Assembly: GCA_031459385.1 (NCBI GenBank)
Contig: JAVKIP010000001.1
Span: forward strand, 256,001 to 320,000
Origin: Candidatus Fervidifonticultor secundus
GTDB taxonomy: Bacteria; Sysuimicrobiota; Sysuimicrobiia; Sysuimicrobiales; Humicultoraceae
Length of the DNA stretch: 64,000 nt
Reading direction: 5' to 3'
Each line of letters opens with the position of its first letter. Within the stretch, counting starts at the first letter, position 1. Shown here one piece after another: positions 30,954 to 40,248 of this stretch. The notes below the pieces were generated by a model, which was not told where the DNA came from, did no database searches, and saw only the letters and a list, made by a program, of their open reading frames with translations. Made by a program: the position numbers and the translations under genes.

Positions 30954-31589
30954 TCAGGGACGACCGGCGGCGACCAGACCGTACAGCCCCGAGACAGACT
31001 TGCCCGGCCGCATCACGCAATGGTCAGTGAGGCGCACCGCCACCAGGCCCTCGCCGAACGCGTCGAAGAGCGCGCGCTGCTGCTCCAGCGGCCAGCCGGC
31101 GAAGCCGGGCGCCAGGCGGGCCGTGAGCCGGTAGCCCCGCCGGCGGGCGTCAGCAGCCAGCCGCTGGCGCACGTCCCGGAGGAGGGCGTCGATGGCCACC
31201 CAGCCGCCGGTGTCGAGCAGGAGGCCTTCGACCACGTGCTCTTCGCGCATCAGGGCCTGGGCGCGCCGTTCGAGCGCGCTGCCGATGGTGAGCACCAGCA
31301 GCACGACTTCGGCGGCGCCGTCGAGCCGACGCGCCAGCGCCTGACTGTGGAACGCCACGCCGTCGTCGAGCAGCACCGCGCCCTGCGGGTCCACGCCGTG
31401 CACACGCGCGCGCCGCAGCCACCCGCGCGGCTCGAGCAGCGTCTCCGCCTGCGCGGCCATCCGCCGCGCAACCTCGCGGAGTTGGGGCGCCACCCGCTCG
31501 GGCCTGCGGTACTTGTGCAGGCGCAGGATGAGGGTAGCGTCGATGCGCGGCGGCCGCAGGCGCAGTTCCTCGATCATGTCTTGCCCCAT
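30954..31589 (-). CDS. Methionine synthase activation (SAM-binding) domain-like protein
   Basis: LTIGSALE, RLAPGFAGWPLEQQ, MRPGKSVSGLYG; start could be 31577. Confidence 0.8.
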   Translation of the reverse strand: MGQDMIEELRLRPPRIDATLILRLHKYRRPERVAPQLREVARRMAAQAETLLEPRGWLRRARVHGVDPQGAVLLDDGVAFHSQALARRLDGAAEVVLLVLTIGSALERRAQALMREEHVVEGLLLDTGGWVAIDALLRDVRQRLAADARRRGYRLTARLAPGFAGWPLEQQRALFDAFGEGLVAVRLTDHCVMRPGKSVSGLYGLVAAGRP

Positions 31590-31856
31590 GACGTCACCCG
31601 GCGGGCGATCACATCCCTGGCGTTCGCCCTGGCGCGACGCGCTCCTACTCCCTGCCGAGACCTCGGGGAGGCGCGCGGGTGCGGTGCCCGGCAGGCTCGT
31701 GTTCCCTGCGGCAGCGTCGGACGCCGCAGGGAGCGCGTCGGGCGTCACAGCCGCGGTCACGGCGGATGGATGGGTCGGCACCATCGTTGTGAGTGTGCGA
31801 CCGGGACCCGGGCGCGGCAATCACCGGTTCCGGGGACGCCGCCGGCGCCGGTTCCA

Positions 31857-33167
31857 CTACTTCTGCAGGTACCGGATCGCGGCCTCGGTGCGCGTCCGCA
31901 CCTGCAGCTTGGCGAAGATGCTGCGCAAGTGGTGGTGGACCGTCCAGCTGCTGATGCCCAGGCGGGCAGCGATCTCCCTGTCGAGGTAGCCCTTGCTCAG
32001 ATGGTCCAGGATCTCCTGTTCCCGCGGGGTCAGGCGGACCATCGCGGTGGCCTCCGCGGCCGACGGCACCGCGAACAGGCCCTCGAAGTAGCGCCGGATG
32101 CGTGCCGCCGCCTGCCCGGCAGCAAGCGGCCGGTGCCCGGGCGGCGGGCCCAGCGGCTCCAGCAGGCGCGCCGGTGGCCGGCGGCGCAGGATGTAGCCGG
32201 CGGCCACGCCGCCGAAGGACAGGAACAGCTGGTCGCTGTCCTGGTAGACGCCGTACTGGAAGACCGGGAGATCGGGCCGCTGTGTGGCCAGCTCCGCTGC
32301 AACACCGGCAGCGTCGGGCAGCGCCCGGTTCAGCAGGACGGCCGCAGCCTCCAGCTGCGGGGCCAGACGGAGCACCTCGCCCGGGACGGCGAACGGTGCC
32401 ACCGTCCAGCGCTCGGGATGGAGCGCGAGCGCGGCGGCCAGTGCCCGCCGGACGCCCGGGTCGGGCTCGACGACGCCGATCAGGCGCGCGGCCCGCGCCA
32501 GGGCGTCGGATGGCATCCCCGCACCACCCGGCGCGCCGGTCGGTCCCCCGCTCTCAGCGGGCTCGGTGTAGAGCGTCGTGTACGTCGACGCCAGCGGGTT
32601 CGCAGACCAGAAGATGGCGACGGTGATCTCCCGGGGGAAGATGGCGCGAGCGCGGGCCCACCCCACGTCCAGCACCGTGCGGTAGATCGACGCTGCCCGG
32701 CGTGCCGCGAGGGCGGGGTCCGCCGTCCCAAGCGGAAAGTAATGGCTCTCGCCGGCGTGCTCGATGCGCGCCGAGAGTTCGCCCGCCTGCTGGGGCCGGA
32801 GGCCTTCGGTGTACCGGCGGGTGAGCAGCCGCCGGCGCCAGTAGCGCGGCTGCAGGCCGGGGGCTGGCAGCGCCGGGGTGCGCAGGCCCCGCCGGCCGCC
32901 CGGCGTGCTCCGCGCGTCCAGGGCTGCCTGCCAGCCGCGGGTGACGATGGTGGCGTAGAGCGCACGCGCCCGGCGGGCGGCGACCAGGCGCGGGACGGCA
33001 CCCAGCGAGAACGTGCGCCGGCGCCCCTGGTGCTGGATCTTCACGGTCCACGTGCGCAGCCGGATCAACCGTCCGCGGCGCGTGTACGAGGCCCGGGCCA
33101 GCCGTGCGGCCCAGTAGCGCAGGGCCGTGCGTGTCCGGCCCCTGGTACTTGGACGCTGCTTGGACAT
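31857..33167 (-). CDS. LuxR-HTH regulator with pseudo-receiver and tandem N-terminal repeat domain
   Basis: LTPREQEIL...IAARLGIS..TV..HL..IFAKL; REC-like region with LLNRALPD; two ~66-aa repeats; start uncertain. Confidence 0.8.
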   Translation of the reverse strand: MSKQRPSTRGRTRTALRYWAARLARASYTRRGRLIRLRTWTVKIQHQGRRRTFSLGAVPRLVAARRARALYATIVTRGWQAALDARSTPGGRRGLRTPALPAPGLQPRYWRRRLLTRRYTEGLRPQQAGELSARIEHAGESHYFPLGTADPALAARRAASIYRTVLDVGWARARAIFPREITVAIFWSANPLASTYTTLYTEPAESGGPTGAPGGAGMPSDALARAARLIGVVEPDPGVRRALAAALALHPERWTVAPFAVPGEVLRLAPQLEAAAVLLNRALPDAAGVAAELATQRPDLPVFQYGVYQDSDQLFLSFGGVAAGYILRRRPPARLLEPLGPPPGHRPLAAGQAAARIRRYFEGLFAVPSAAEATAMVRLTPREQEILDHLSKGYLDREIAARLGISSWTVHHHLRSIFAKLQVRTRTEAAIRYLQK

Positions 33168-33374
33168 CTCTGGCAACTGTTCCGCGCGACACGGCCGTGC
33201 TCCTGCGGTCAGGGGCCCGGCGCGGGCCTCCCCCAAACGGGGGATTGCGCGCTCCCCGTGCCCCGCCGGGGCGATGTGACGCCAGCCGTGCGCAGCCGCC
33301 AGGGCGTCACGCGCTCAGGGGCGAAGGTGTGGAGCAGGTCACGCCATGGAGAGCTTGGTGTCGGGAGCAGACCG

Positions 33375-35795
33375 GTGAAGACCGACGCGCAGGCTGTGAT
33401 CATCGGCGGCGGTGTCTACGGGTGCAGCGTCGCCTATCATCTGGCGGCGCTGGGCTGGCGCGACGTGGTACTCGTCGAGAAGGGCCGCCTCACCGGTGGT
33501 GCCACCTTCCACGCCGCGGGGCTCGTGGGGCAACTGCGGAGCACCCTGAGCCTGACGCGGATGATCATGTACAGCGTGGCGCTGTACCGGCGCCTGGCGG
33601 CCGAGACCGGACAGGACCCCGACTGGCGCGAGACCGGCAGCCTGCGGCTGGCCGCGACCCCGGACCGGCTGGTGGAGCTGCGGCGCCACGCCGCGACGTC
33701 CAAGACCTACGGTCTGGAGATGCACCTGCTGACGCCCAGGGAGGCCGTAGACCTGTTCCCGGTGATGAGTGACCGGGACCTGCTCGGGGCCGCCTACGTG
33801 CCCACCGACGGCAGCGTCGATCCCAGCGGGCTGACGTTCGCGCTGGCCCGGGGCGCCCGGGCCCGCGGCGCCGAGATCCACGAGGGCGTCGAGGTCAGGG
33901 AGATTCTGACGCGCAACGGGCGGGTCAGCGGCGTCGTCACCTCGCACGGCACCATCAGGAGCGACGTCATCGTCAACACCGCCGGCATCTGGGGGCGGGA
34001 GCTCGCCGCCCGGGTGGGGGTGGTGCTGCCGATCTACCCCATCGAGCACCAGTACCTGCTCACAGGGCCCCTCGACGGGATCCGCCGCGGCCTGCCGGTG
34101 GTGCGCGATCCCGATCTGTTGATCTACTTCCGCGAGGAAGCGCGGGGCCTGTGCCTGGGCGGCTACGAGCGGCACCCGCTGCCCTGGGGCGTGAACGGCA
34201 TCCCCGCCGACTTCCATCACCGGCTGCTGCCGCCCAACTGGGAGCAGTTCGAGCCGCTGGCGCGCAACGCCGCGCGGCGCCTGCCGGCCCTGGAGAGCGC
34301 GGGCGTGCGCGAACTCGTCAACGGGCCCGACGGCATCACCGCCGACGGCGAGCTGATCCTGGGCGAGGCGCCGCAACTGCGCGGGTTCTTCGTGGCGTGC
34401 GGTACGCCGGGCATCGCGTCTGCGGGCGGCGTGGGACGGGTGCTGGCCGGGTGGATCGTCGAGGGCGACCCCGGGCTGGACGTCTGGCGCATGGACATCC
34501 GGCGCTTCCAGCCCCACTACGGCGACCCGGCCTATGCCCGCGCCCGCGCGCTGGAAGCGTACTCGAAAAACTACGTGCTCCGGTACCCCTTCGAGGAGTG
34601 GGAATCGGGCCGGGGCTACCGGCGCAGCCCGCCCTACCCGCGGCTGGTGGCCCTGGGCGCGGTGTTCGGCGAGAAGGCCGGGTGGGAGCGGCCCAACTGG
34701 TTCGTCAGCAACGAGCCGGCCGAGCCGCCGACGTGGGCGCCCCGGGGCTGGTTCCGGCACAACTGGTCGCCGGCCATCGGGGTCGAGCACCGCGCGGTGC
34801 GCGAGGCGGCGGGGCTGTGCGACTTCACGTCGTTCTCGAAGTTCGAGGTGACCGGTCCGGGCGCGCTGCGCCTGTTGCAGTGGTTGTGCGACAACGACGT
34901 GGACCGGCCGCCGGGCACCGTTGTCTACACCCAGATGCTGAACGCGCGGGGAGGGATCGAGTGCGACCTGACGGTGACGCGGCTGGGGCCGGACCGGTTT
35001 TTCATCGTCACCGGCAGCGCGTTTGGCGTCCACGACCTCGACTGGATCACGCGCCACACACCTGACGACGGCTCCGTGGCCGCTCGTGACGTCACCACCG
35101 AGTGGGCGTGCGTGGGGCTGTGGGGGCCGCGGGCCCGGGCGATCCTGGCGCAGGTCACCGACGCCGACGTCTCCACCGCGGCGTTCCCGTACATGACCGC
35201 GCGCGAGCTGCGCGTGGCGGACCGCCCCGTGCGGGCGCAGCGCGTCACCTACGTGGGCGAGCTGGGCTGGGAACTCTACATGCCGCCGTCGGACGCGGTG
35301 GCTGTCTGGGACGCGCTGTGGGCGGTCGGGCAGCCGTTCGGGCTGCGGGCGGTGGGCTACCGGGCGGTGGAGTCGCTGCGGCTGGAGAAGGGCTACCGGT
35401 ACTGGAGCGCGGAGGTTACGCCGGAGTACACGCCCTACGAGGCGGGGCAGGGGTTCTGCGTGAAGCTCGACAAGGGCCCCTTCCAGGGGCGCGAGGCGCT
35501 GCGGGCGCAGCGAGCCGCGGGCGTGCGCCGGCGGCTGTGCTGCCTGGTGGTGGCCGACCCGCAGGCCGTGGCGCTGGGCAACGAGCCGGTCTGCGACGGC
35601 GACCGCGTGATCAGCCGCGTGACCAGCGGCGGCTACGGCTACACGGTGGGCGAGAGCCTGGCCTACGCCTACCTGCCGGTGGCGCTGGCCGCGGTAGGCA
35701 CTCCACTCGCCGTGGAGATCGACGGCGATCGGGTGCCGGCTACGGTCGCCCGCGAGCCCCGCTACGACCCCGGCCACAGCCGCATCCGGGCCTGA
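33375..35795 (+). CDS. GcvT-family FAD oxidoreductase (dimethylglycine/sarcosine dehydrogenase-like)
   Basis: IGGGVYG, TFHAAG, GWERPNWF, YVGELGWELY, SLRLEKGYR; about 806 aa. Confidence 0.92.
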   Translation: MKTDAQAVIIGGGVYGCSVAYHLAALGWRDVVLVEKGRLTGGATFHAAGLVGQLRSTLSLTRMIMYSVALYRRLAAETGQDPDWRETGSLRLAATPDRLVELRRHAATSKTYGLEMHLLTPREAVDLFPVMSDRDLLGAAYVPTDGSVDPSGLTFALARGARARGAEIHEGVEVREILTRNGRVSGVVTSHGTIRSDVIVNTAGIWGRELAARVGVVLPIYPIEHQYLLTGPLDGIRRGLPVVRDPDLLIYFREEARGLCLGGYERHPLPWGVNGIPADFHHRLLPPNWEQFEPLARNAARRLPALESAGVRELVNGPDGITADGELILGEAPQLRGFFVACGTPGIASAGGVGRVLAGWIVEGDPGLDVWRMDIRRFQPHYGDPAYARARALEAYSKNYVLRYPFEEWESGRGYRRSPPYPRLVALGAVFGEKAGWERPNWFVSNEPAEPPTWAPRGWFRHNWSPAIGVEHRAVREAAGLCDFTSFSKFEVTGPGALRLLQWLCDNDVDRPPGTVVYTQMLNARGGIECDLTVTRLGPDRFFIVTGSAFGVHDLDWITRHTPDDGSVAARDVTTEWACVGLWGPRARAILAQVTDADVSTAAFPYMTARELRVADRPVRAQRVTYVGELGWELYMPPSDAVAVWDALWAVGQPFGLRAVGYRAVESLRLEKGYRYWSAEVTPEYTPYEAGQGFCVKLDKGPFQGREALRAQRAAGVRRRLCCLVVADPQAVALGNEPVCDGDRVISRVTSGGYGYTVGESLAYAYLPVALAAVGTPLAVEIDGDRVPATVAREPRYDPGHSRIRA

Positions 35796-35851
35796 TCGGG
35801 CGTCGTCGGCGCGTCGTCTGCACGGGCCGACGGTGTGCACCGTGCTCTACG

Positions 35852-37333
35852 CTATGCGCCCGGCCCGCGGTTCCCGGCGGGTGGGTGGACGGGGAAGCGC
35901 AGCCGTGCTGCTGCCGCCGCATAGGCTGCGGCGTCTTCCAGGTTGGCGTCCGCCAGGATCGTGAGCTTCTGAGTCTCCAGCGAGCCCTCGGCGTGGATGG
36001 CGAGCACTTCCAGATACCCACCGAGGTCGGACGCGCACAGGTCGCGGACGAGGTTCATCAGGCGCAGACGCTGCTCGCCGTCCCATCCGCTCCGCCCCTG
36101 GAGGTAGGGCTCTACCAGGCGGCGGACGGCCGGATTCCGCCAGTCATCTTCTGACGGCCCGGTCACCACAAGACCGCCGGCGATGTCCTGGACGTCGCGC
36201 ACCGCCTCGTGGTAGCCGCGGGCGAAGTGGTACTTCGCCACGTTGGTGAGGACGACGTCGGGGACGGCGACGCCGTCCCGCACCCGGCAGGCCGTGGCGG
36301 CCGCCGTCGTCAACCCCGTGACGGTGTGGAGGTACATGGCCAGACGGGCCAGCTTGTCCCGGACATGCGGCGCGCCAGCGATGCCGTTGGCATCCGCGGC
36401 GAGCGCTGCGGCCCCCAGGAGGAGCTCCAGGAGCGGGGGTTTGTACGCGATGGCCGTGAACCGGTGAAACTCCACAAACGTCCTGGCCAGCTGGCCGGCG
36501 AACTGCCACTGGCCGTCGAGGAAGACCCGGTCGGTGGGCACGAACACGTTGTCGAAGATCGTGAGCGACTCCGTCAGGGAGTACCGGCTGCTCAGCGGAT
36601 TGTCGAACTCGCTGGTCGCGCCAAACCCCCGGGGGCTCGCCACCATAGTCAGGCCGGGGGTGTCGGCCGGGATCGCAAAGGCCACGGCGTAGTCTGCGTC
36701 GGCCTCGCCCAGCGCCCGTGTCGGCAGCACCACGATCTCGTTGCTGAAGACGGCATTGGTCGTATGGGCCTTGGCGCCGCGCACCACGATGCCGTCCCGT
36801 CGGCGTTCCACCACGCGCACGTACAGGTCCGGGTGTGGCTGCTCGCTCGGGCGGCGCGCGCGGTCCCCCTTGACGTCAGTCTGCGCCACCGCCATGGCCA
36901 GGTCGCCGTCGCGGCAGTGCCTGTGAAAGGCCCGCACGCGGGGCAGGAACTGTGTGCCGAGTTCCCGATCCATGGCGGCGGTTACCACCGTCAGGGCGAA
37001 CAGGGCGTCCGTGCCGATCTCCTTGATCAGCGGGACGAACGACCAGGCCGCGCGTGTCACGGTGGTGATCAGCCGGCTGCGCAGTTGCAGATCGTGCGGG
37101 CTGCGCGGGATGCAGAAGTACCGGCTGACCGGTCGACCGTCCTCGGGGTCGTCGGTGACGGCCAGGGGCCGGACCGCGGGGTCTTCCGCCAGGCGGAAGT
37201 CCACCGTCAGGTGCTGCGCGCCGCGCCCCAGATGCGGATGGGTGGTGACGTCCGCCACCGCTTCGCCGCGGTAAAACACCTGTCGGCCGTCTCGCAGGCT
37301 CGCCAGGTACTGCTCGGGTGATCGCAGACCCAT
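35852..37333 (-). CDS. HpaB/4-hydroxybutyryl-CoA dehydratase family flavoprotein
   Basis: YLASLRDGR, AQTDVKGDR, DGIVVRGAKAH, FDNVFVP, DIAGG. Confidence 0.85.
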   Translation of the reverse strand: MGLRSPEQYLASLRDGRQVFYRGEAVADVTTHPHLGRGAQHLTVDFRLAEDPAVRPLAVTDDPEDGRPVSRYFCIPRSPHDLQLRSRLITTVTRAAWSFVPLIKEIGTDALFALTVVTAAMDRELGTQFLPRVRAFHRHCRDGDLAMAVAQTDVKGDRARRPSEQPHPDLYVRVVERRRDGIVVRGAKAHTTNAVFSNEIVVLPTRALGEADADYAVAFAIPADTPGLTMVASPRGFGATSEFDNPLSSRYSLTESLTIFDNVFVPTDRVFLDGQWQFAGQLARTFVEFHRFTAIAYKPPLLELLLGAAALAADANGIAGAPHVRDKLARLAMYLHTVTGLTTAAATACRVRDGVAVPDVVLTNVAKYHFARGYHEAVRDVQDIAGGLVVTGPSEDDWRNPAVRRLVEPYLQGRSGWDGEQRLRLMNLVRDLCASDLGGYLEVLAIHAEGSLETQKLTILADANLEDAAAYAAAAARLRFPVHPPAGNRGPGA

Positions 37334-37393
37334 GGTGTCCACCTCGCTCTCAGGCGACATAGTGGTCGCCCGGTGCTGCGCGCGTGCGTGTGT

Positions 37394-38722
37394 TCAGATC
37401 AGGCGGCGTGGCAGCGGCACCGGCCCCGCAGTGAAGCGGGCCAGCCGAAAGGCGGTAATCTCGTGCCGCGTGTGTCCCTCGAGCGCGAGATCGGCCAGGA
37501 TCGTGCCCAGCGCCGGGCCCAGGGCCAGCCCGTGGCCGCTCAAGCCGGCGGCCAGGGTGACGCCGTCCGGCCTGACCCGGTCGACGACAGGCAGGCCGTC
37601 GGGTGACAGGTCGATGAAGCCGGCCCAGCGCCGCGTGACGGCCGCGTCCGCTAGCGGCGGAATCCGGGCCTGGAGCGCCGCGAACGCCCGGTCCAGCAGC
37701 ATACGGTCCGGAACCGGCTCGAGGCCCACCGGAATCTGAGGCGCGCCACCGCGCAGGGCCCCACGCACCTCGCGCGCCACCTGCCGAACGTCGACGCGCA
37801 GGGCCACCTGCTGCCTGTAGGCCCAGTACCGCGGCAGCCAGAGGCGCAACGTCCGCAAGTCCTCGAGGGAGACGAGGTGGCCGACGCGGGCGTTGAGCCC
37901 TGCACCGAAGACCACTTTACCATCGGGCCGCTGGCGGCAGCTGTAGGATGCCGCCCGCACGGTGGCCCGAAACAGCGGGGGTACTCCAGAGCTTTCCGCG
38001 TTGCTGTAGATTAGGGTCTTGATCGGGATAGAGACTCCCAGCGGGGCGAGCAGCGCTGGCGTCCAGACGCCGGCTGCAACCACCACCGCCCGGGTCCGCA
38101 CGGCACCCCGGTCGGTGACCACCGCCTCAGCCGCCCCGTTGATCGCCTCGATGCCCAGCGCCCGCGTCCGTACGGCAAACACTGCGCCGTGCCGGATCGC
38201 GGCCCGCGCATAGGCCGCGACGGCCTTGCCGGGGTTGCAGTGCGCGTCGCGAGGGCTGTACAGCCCCGCCACGATCCTTCCAGCCCATCCCGGGAGCAGA
38301 TCGCGCACCTGGGCCGGGGTCAGCAGCCGAACGTCCTCGAGACCAGCGTCGCGGGCGTGCTGCAGGTGCGTCCGGAGCAGCTCGACCTCGTCGTCGCGTT
38401 CGGCCACGTAGAGGTTCCCACCTTGCACGAACTCGAAGTCGTCTTCGAGGTCCCGCGCTGCCCGGGCCCACAGATCCAGCGCGCTCATGGCCAGCGGCAG
38501 TTCGGCCGGGTGCCGCCCGTGCACGCGCAGGCTGCCGAAGCTGCGCCCAGATCCCTCCGGTGCAACCGTCCCTTCCTTCTCCACGACGAGAACCGCCGCC
38601 CCGCGCCGCGCCGCTTCGACAGCGCAGGCGCAGCCGCAGATGCCTGCGCCGATGACGACCAGATCCGCGCGGGTGGGAAGCTGCGGGCCCCGGGCGTTCA
38701 CCGCGGCTGGCGTCGGTCCCAC
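37394..38722 (-). CDS. FAD-dependent oxidoreductase (DAO family)
   Basis: GAGICG, AAGVW, WAGFIDLSPDGLP, SGHGLALGP. Confidence 0.85.
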   Translation of the reverse strand: MGPTPAAVNARGPQLPTRADLVVIGAGICGCACAVEAARRGAAVLVVEKEGTVAPEGSGRSFGSLRVHGRHPAELPLAMSALDLWARAARDLEDDFEFVQGGNLYVAERDDEVELLRTHLQHARDAGLEDVRLLTPAQVRDLLPGWAGRIVAGLYSPRDAHCNPGKAVAAYARAAIRHGAVFAVRTRALGIEAINGAAEAVVTDRGAVRTRAVVVAAGVWTPALLAPLGVSIPIKTLIYSNAESSGVPPLFRATVRAASYSCRQRPDGKVVFGAGLNARVGHLVSLEDLRTLRLWLPRYWAYRQQVALRVDVRQVAREVRGALRGGAPQIPVGLEPVPDRMLLDRAFAALQARIPPLADAAVTRRWAGFIDLSPDGLPVVDRVRPDGVTLAAGLSGHGLALGPALGTILADLALEGHTRHEITAFRLARFTAGPVPLPRRLI

Positions 38723-40248
38723 GCGGCCTCCACGCTGCGGTCCAGGCGCTCCTTCTGCACCTTTCCGGTGCCCGGGACGCGTGGGAGGGGCTGGATGCGG
38801 TAGTAGCGAGGGACCATGAAGTCGGCGATCTTCCCGGCGAGGAACCGTACGAGATCGGCCGGATCGAGCACGTGACCGTCGCGGGGTTCGAGGATCGCCA
38901 GGATCTCCTGGTCGGCGATCTCGCCCGCCACGCCCACGACCGCGCAGTCGTGGACGGCGGGGTGCGTACGAATGAGGGTCTCAAGCTCGTCGATGTGGAC
39001 GAACTCTCCGCGCACGCGGATGCTGTCCGCCGCGCGGCCAAGGAAGTGGAGCTCGCCCCGCTCATCGAAGAAGCCCAAGTCCCCGGTGTGGAACCAGAGG
39101 TTCCTGAAGGACTGCAGCGTTCGCTCGGGCATGTTGAAGTAGCCGTCGAAGATCACGTGCGGACGCTTGGGCCTGACCACGATCTCGCCGATCTCGCCCG
39201 CACTGCGCAGTTCGTCGTGCTGGTCCACGATGCCCACCTCTATGTCATCCCGCGGTCGTCCGGTGATGGAGGAGAGCGGTTCGGTGACGCCAAGGCCGAC
39301 TGGTAGCGGCTGACGGAAGACGCGGCCTGTGGTGATCCCTCCTGCTTCCGTGGAGCCGTACACGGTAGCCATGGCGGGGATGTCGAAACGCTCCATGAAC
39401 TCGCGGTCCGCCGGAAACGCCAGCCGAACCCGGTGGGAGGGCACACTCGTGCCCGGGGGCTGCTTCTTGAGCACGCCCAGCGGCCAGAGGTGGAGGATGA
39501 CCACGGTGGCGCCGTAGTGCGCCACCTCGTCCCAGAACCGTGACGCGCTGAACCGCTCGGGGATGACGAGACGGCACCCGGCGGCCAGCGCGCCCATAAC
39601 CGCGTAGTGGGGGTTGATGTGGAAGAGGGGGAGCGGGTTGTAGACGACGTCGGCCGGCGTCAGCTGAAAGACAGCTCTGGCCGCCTGCGCCAGGGCGAGG
39701 TAGTAGCGATGACTCAGCAGGCAGAGCTTGGCAGGGCCCGTGGTGCCCGACGTATGCGGGAGCGACATCCCGTCGCGGCCGGTGAGGTCTACCGGTGGCG
39801 CCGGCTGCCCATCGTAGGCCGCCAGCAGTCGGTGCAGCCCGTGCTCCTGACCCTCAGGGGGCGCAGGGTGCCAGACTACCGTTTCCAGCGCGGTGCCCTG
39901 CGCGGCGTGCTCCAGATGGGTGGCCAGCGCCGCATCGGCCACGGCCAGCCGCGCACCCGAGAGGCGGAGCAGGTGCGAGAGCCCGGCCCCCACGAGTCCG
40001 GTGTTGATCATGACAGCCCTGGCCCCACACTTGACGAGCCCGAACCACGCGTAGAGGTAGGCCGGGTGGTTGGGAAGCAGTAGCACGACGTTGTCACCGG
40101 GACGGATTCCGAGATCGGCGAATGCGCACGCCAGGGCGTTGACCCGGCGATCGAACAGCTCGAACGTAATGATCTCGTTTTGGAAGAGGAGAAAGGGGTC
40201 AGAGGCGTGCCGGTGTACGACACTCTCCAGCCACGTGCGGAAGTTCAC
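38698..40248 (-). CDS. Acyl-CoA ligase (CaiC-like AMP-binding)
   Basis: TSGTTGPAK, PLFHIN, YGSTE, FHTGDLG, GKVQK. Confidence 0.9.
   Translation of the reverse strand: MNFRTWLESVVHRHASDPFLLFQNEIITFELFDRRVNALACAFADLGIRPGDNVVLLLPNHPAYLYAWFGLVKCGARAVMINTGLVGAGLSHLLRLSGARLAVADAALATHLEHAAQGTALETVVWHPAPPEGQEHGLHRLLAAYDGQPAPPVDLTGRDGMSLPHTSGTTGPAKLCLLSHRYYLALAQAARAVFQLTPADVVYNPLPLFHINPHYAVMGALAAGCRLVIPERFSASRFWDEVAHYGATVVILHLWPLGVLKKQPPGTSVPSHRVRLAFPADREFMERFDIPAMATVYGSTEAGGITTGRVFRQPLPVGLGVTEPLSSITGRPRDDIEVGIVDQHDELRSAGEIGEIVVRPKRPHVIFDGYFNMPERTLQSFRNLWFHTGDLGFFDERGELHFLGRAADSIRVRGEFVHIDELETLIRTHPAVHDCAVVGVAGEIADQEILAILEPRDGHVLDPADLVRFLAGKIADFMVPRYYRIQPLPRVPGTGKVQKERLDRSVEAAWDRRQPR

Noticed and set aside
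31590..31856. Cobalamin, SAM-I or glycine riboswitch before the corrinoid operon
   Set aside because: I could not find the conserved cores (B12 box, SAM-I or glycine aptamer motifs); kept only as a generic structured leader.
31857..33167. Integrase or mobile element suggested by the arm-like repeats
   Set aside because: No tyrosine recombinase catalytic domain, att sites or flanking repeats; the C-terminus is a LuxR HTH.
30732..33374. 1687-aa ORF suggesting a giant GcvT fusion
   Set aside because: The N-terminal ~880 codons are antisense shadow of real minus-strand genes; the recognisable protein starts at GTG 33375.
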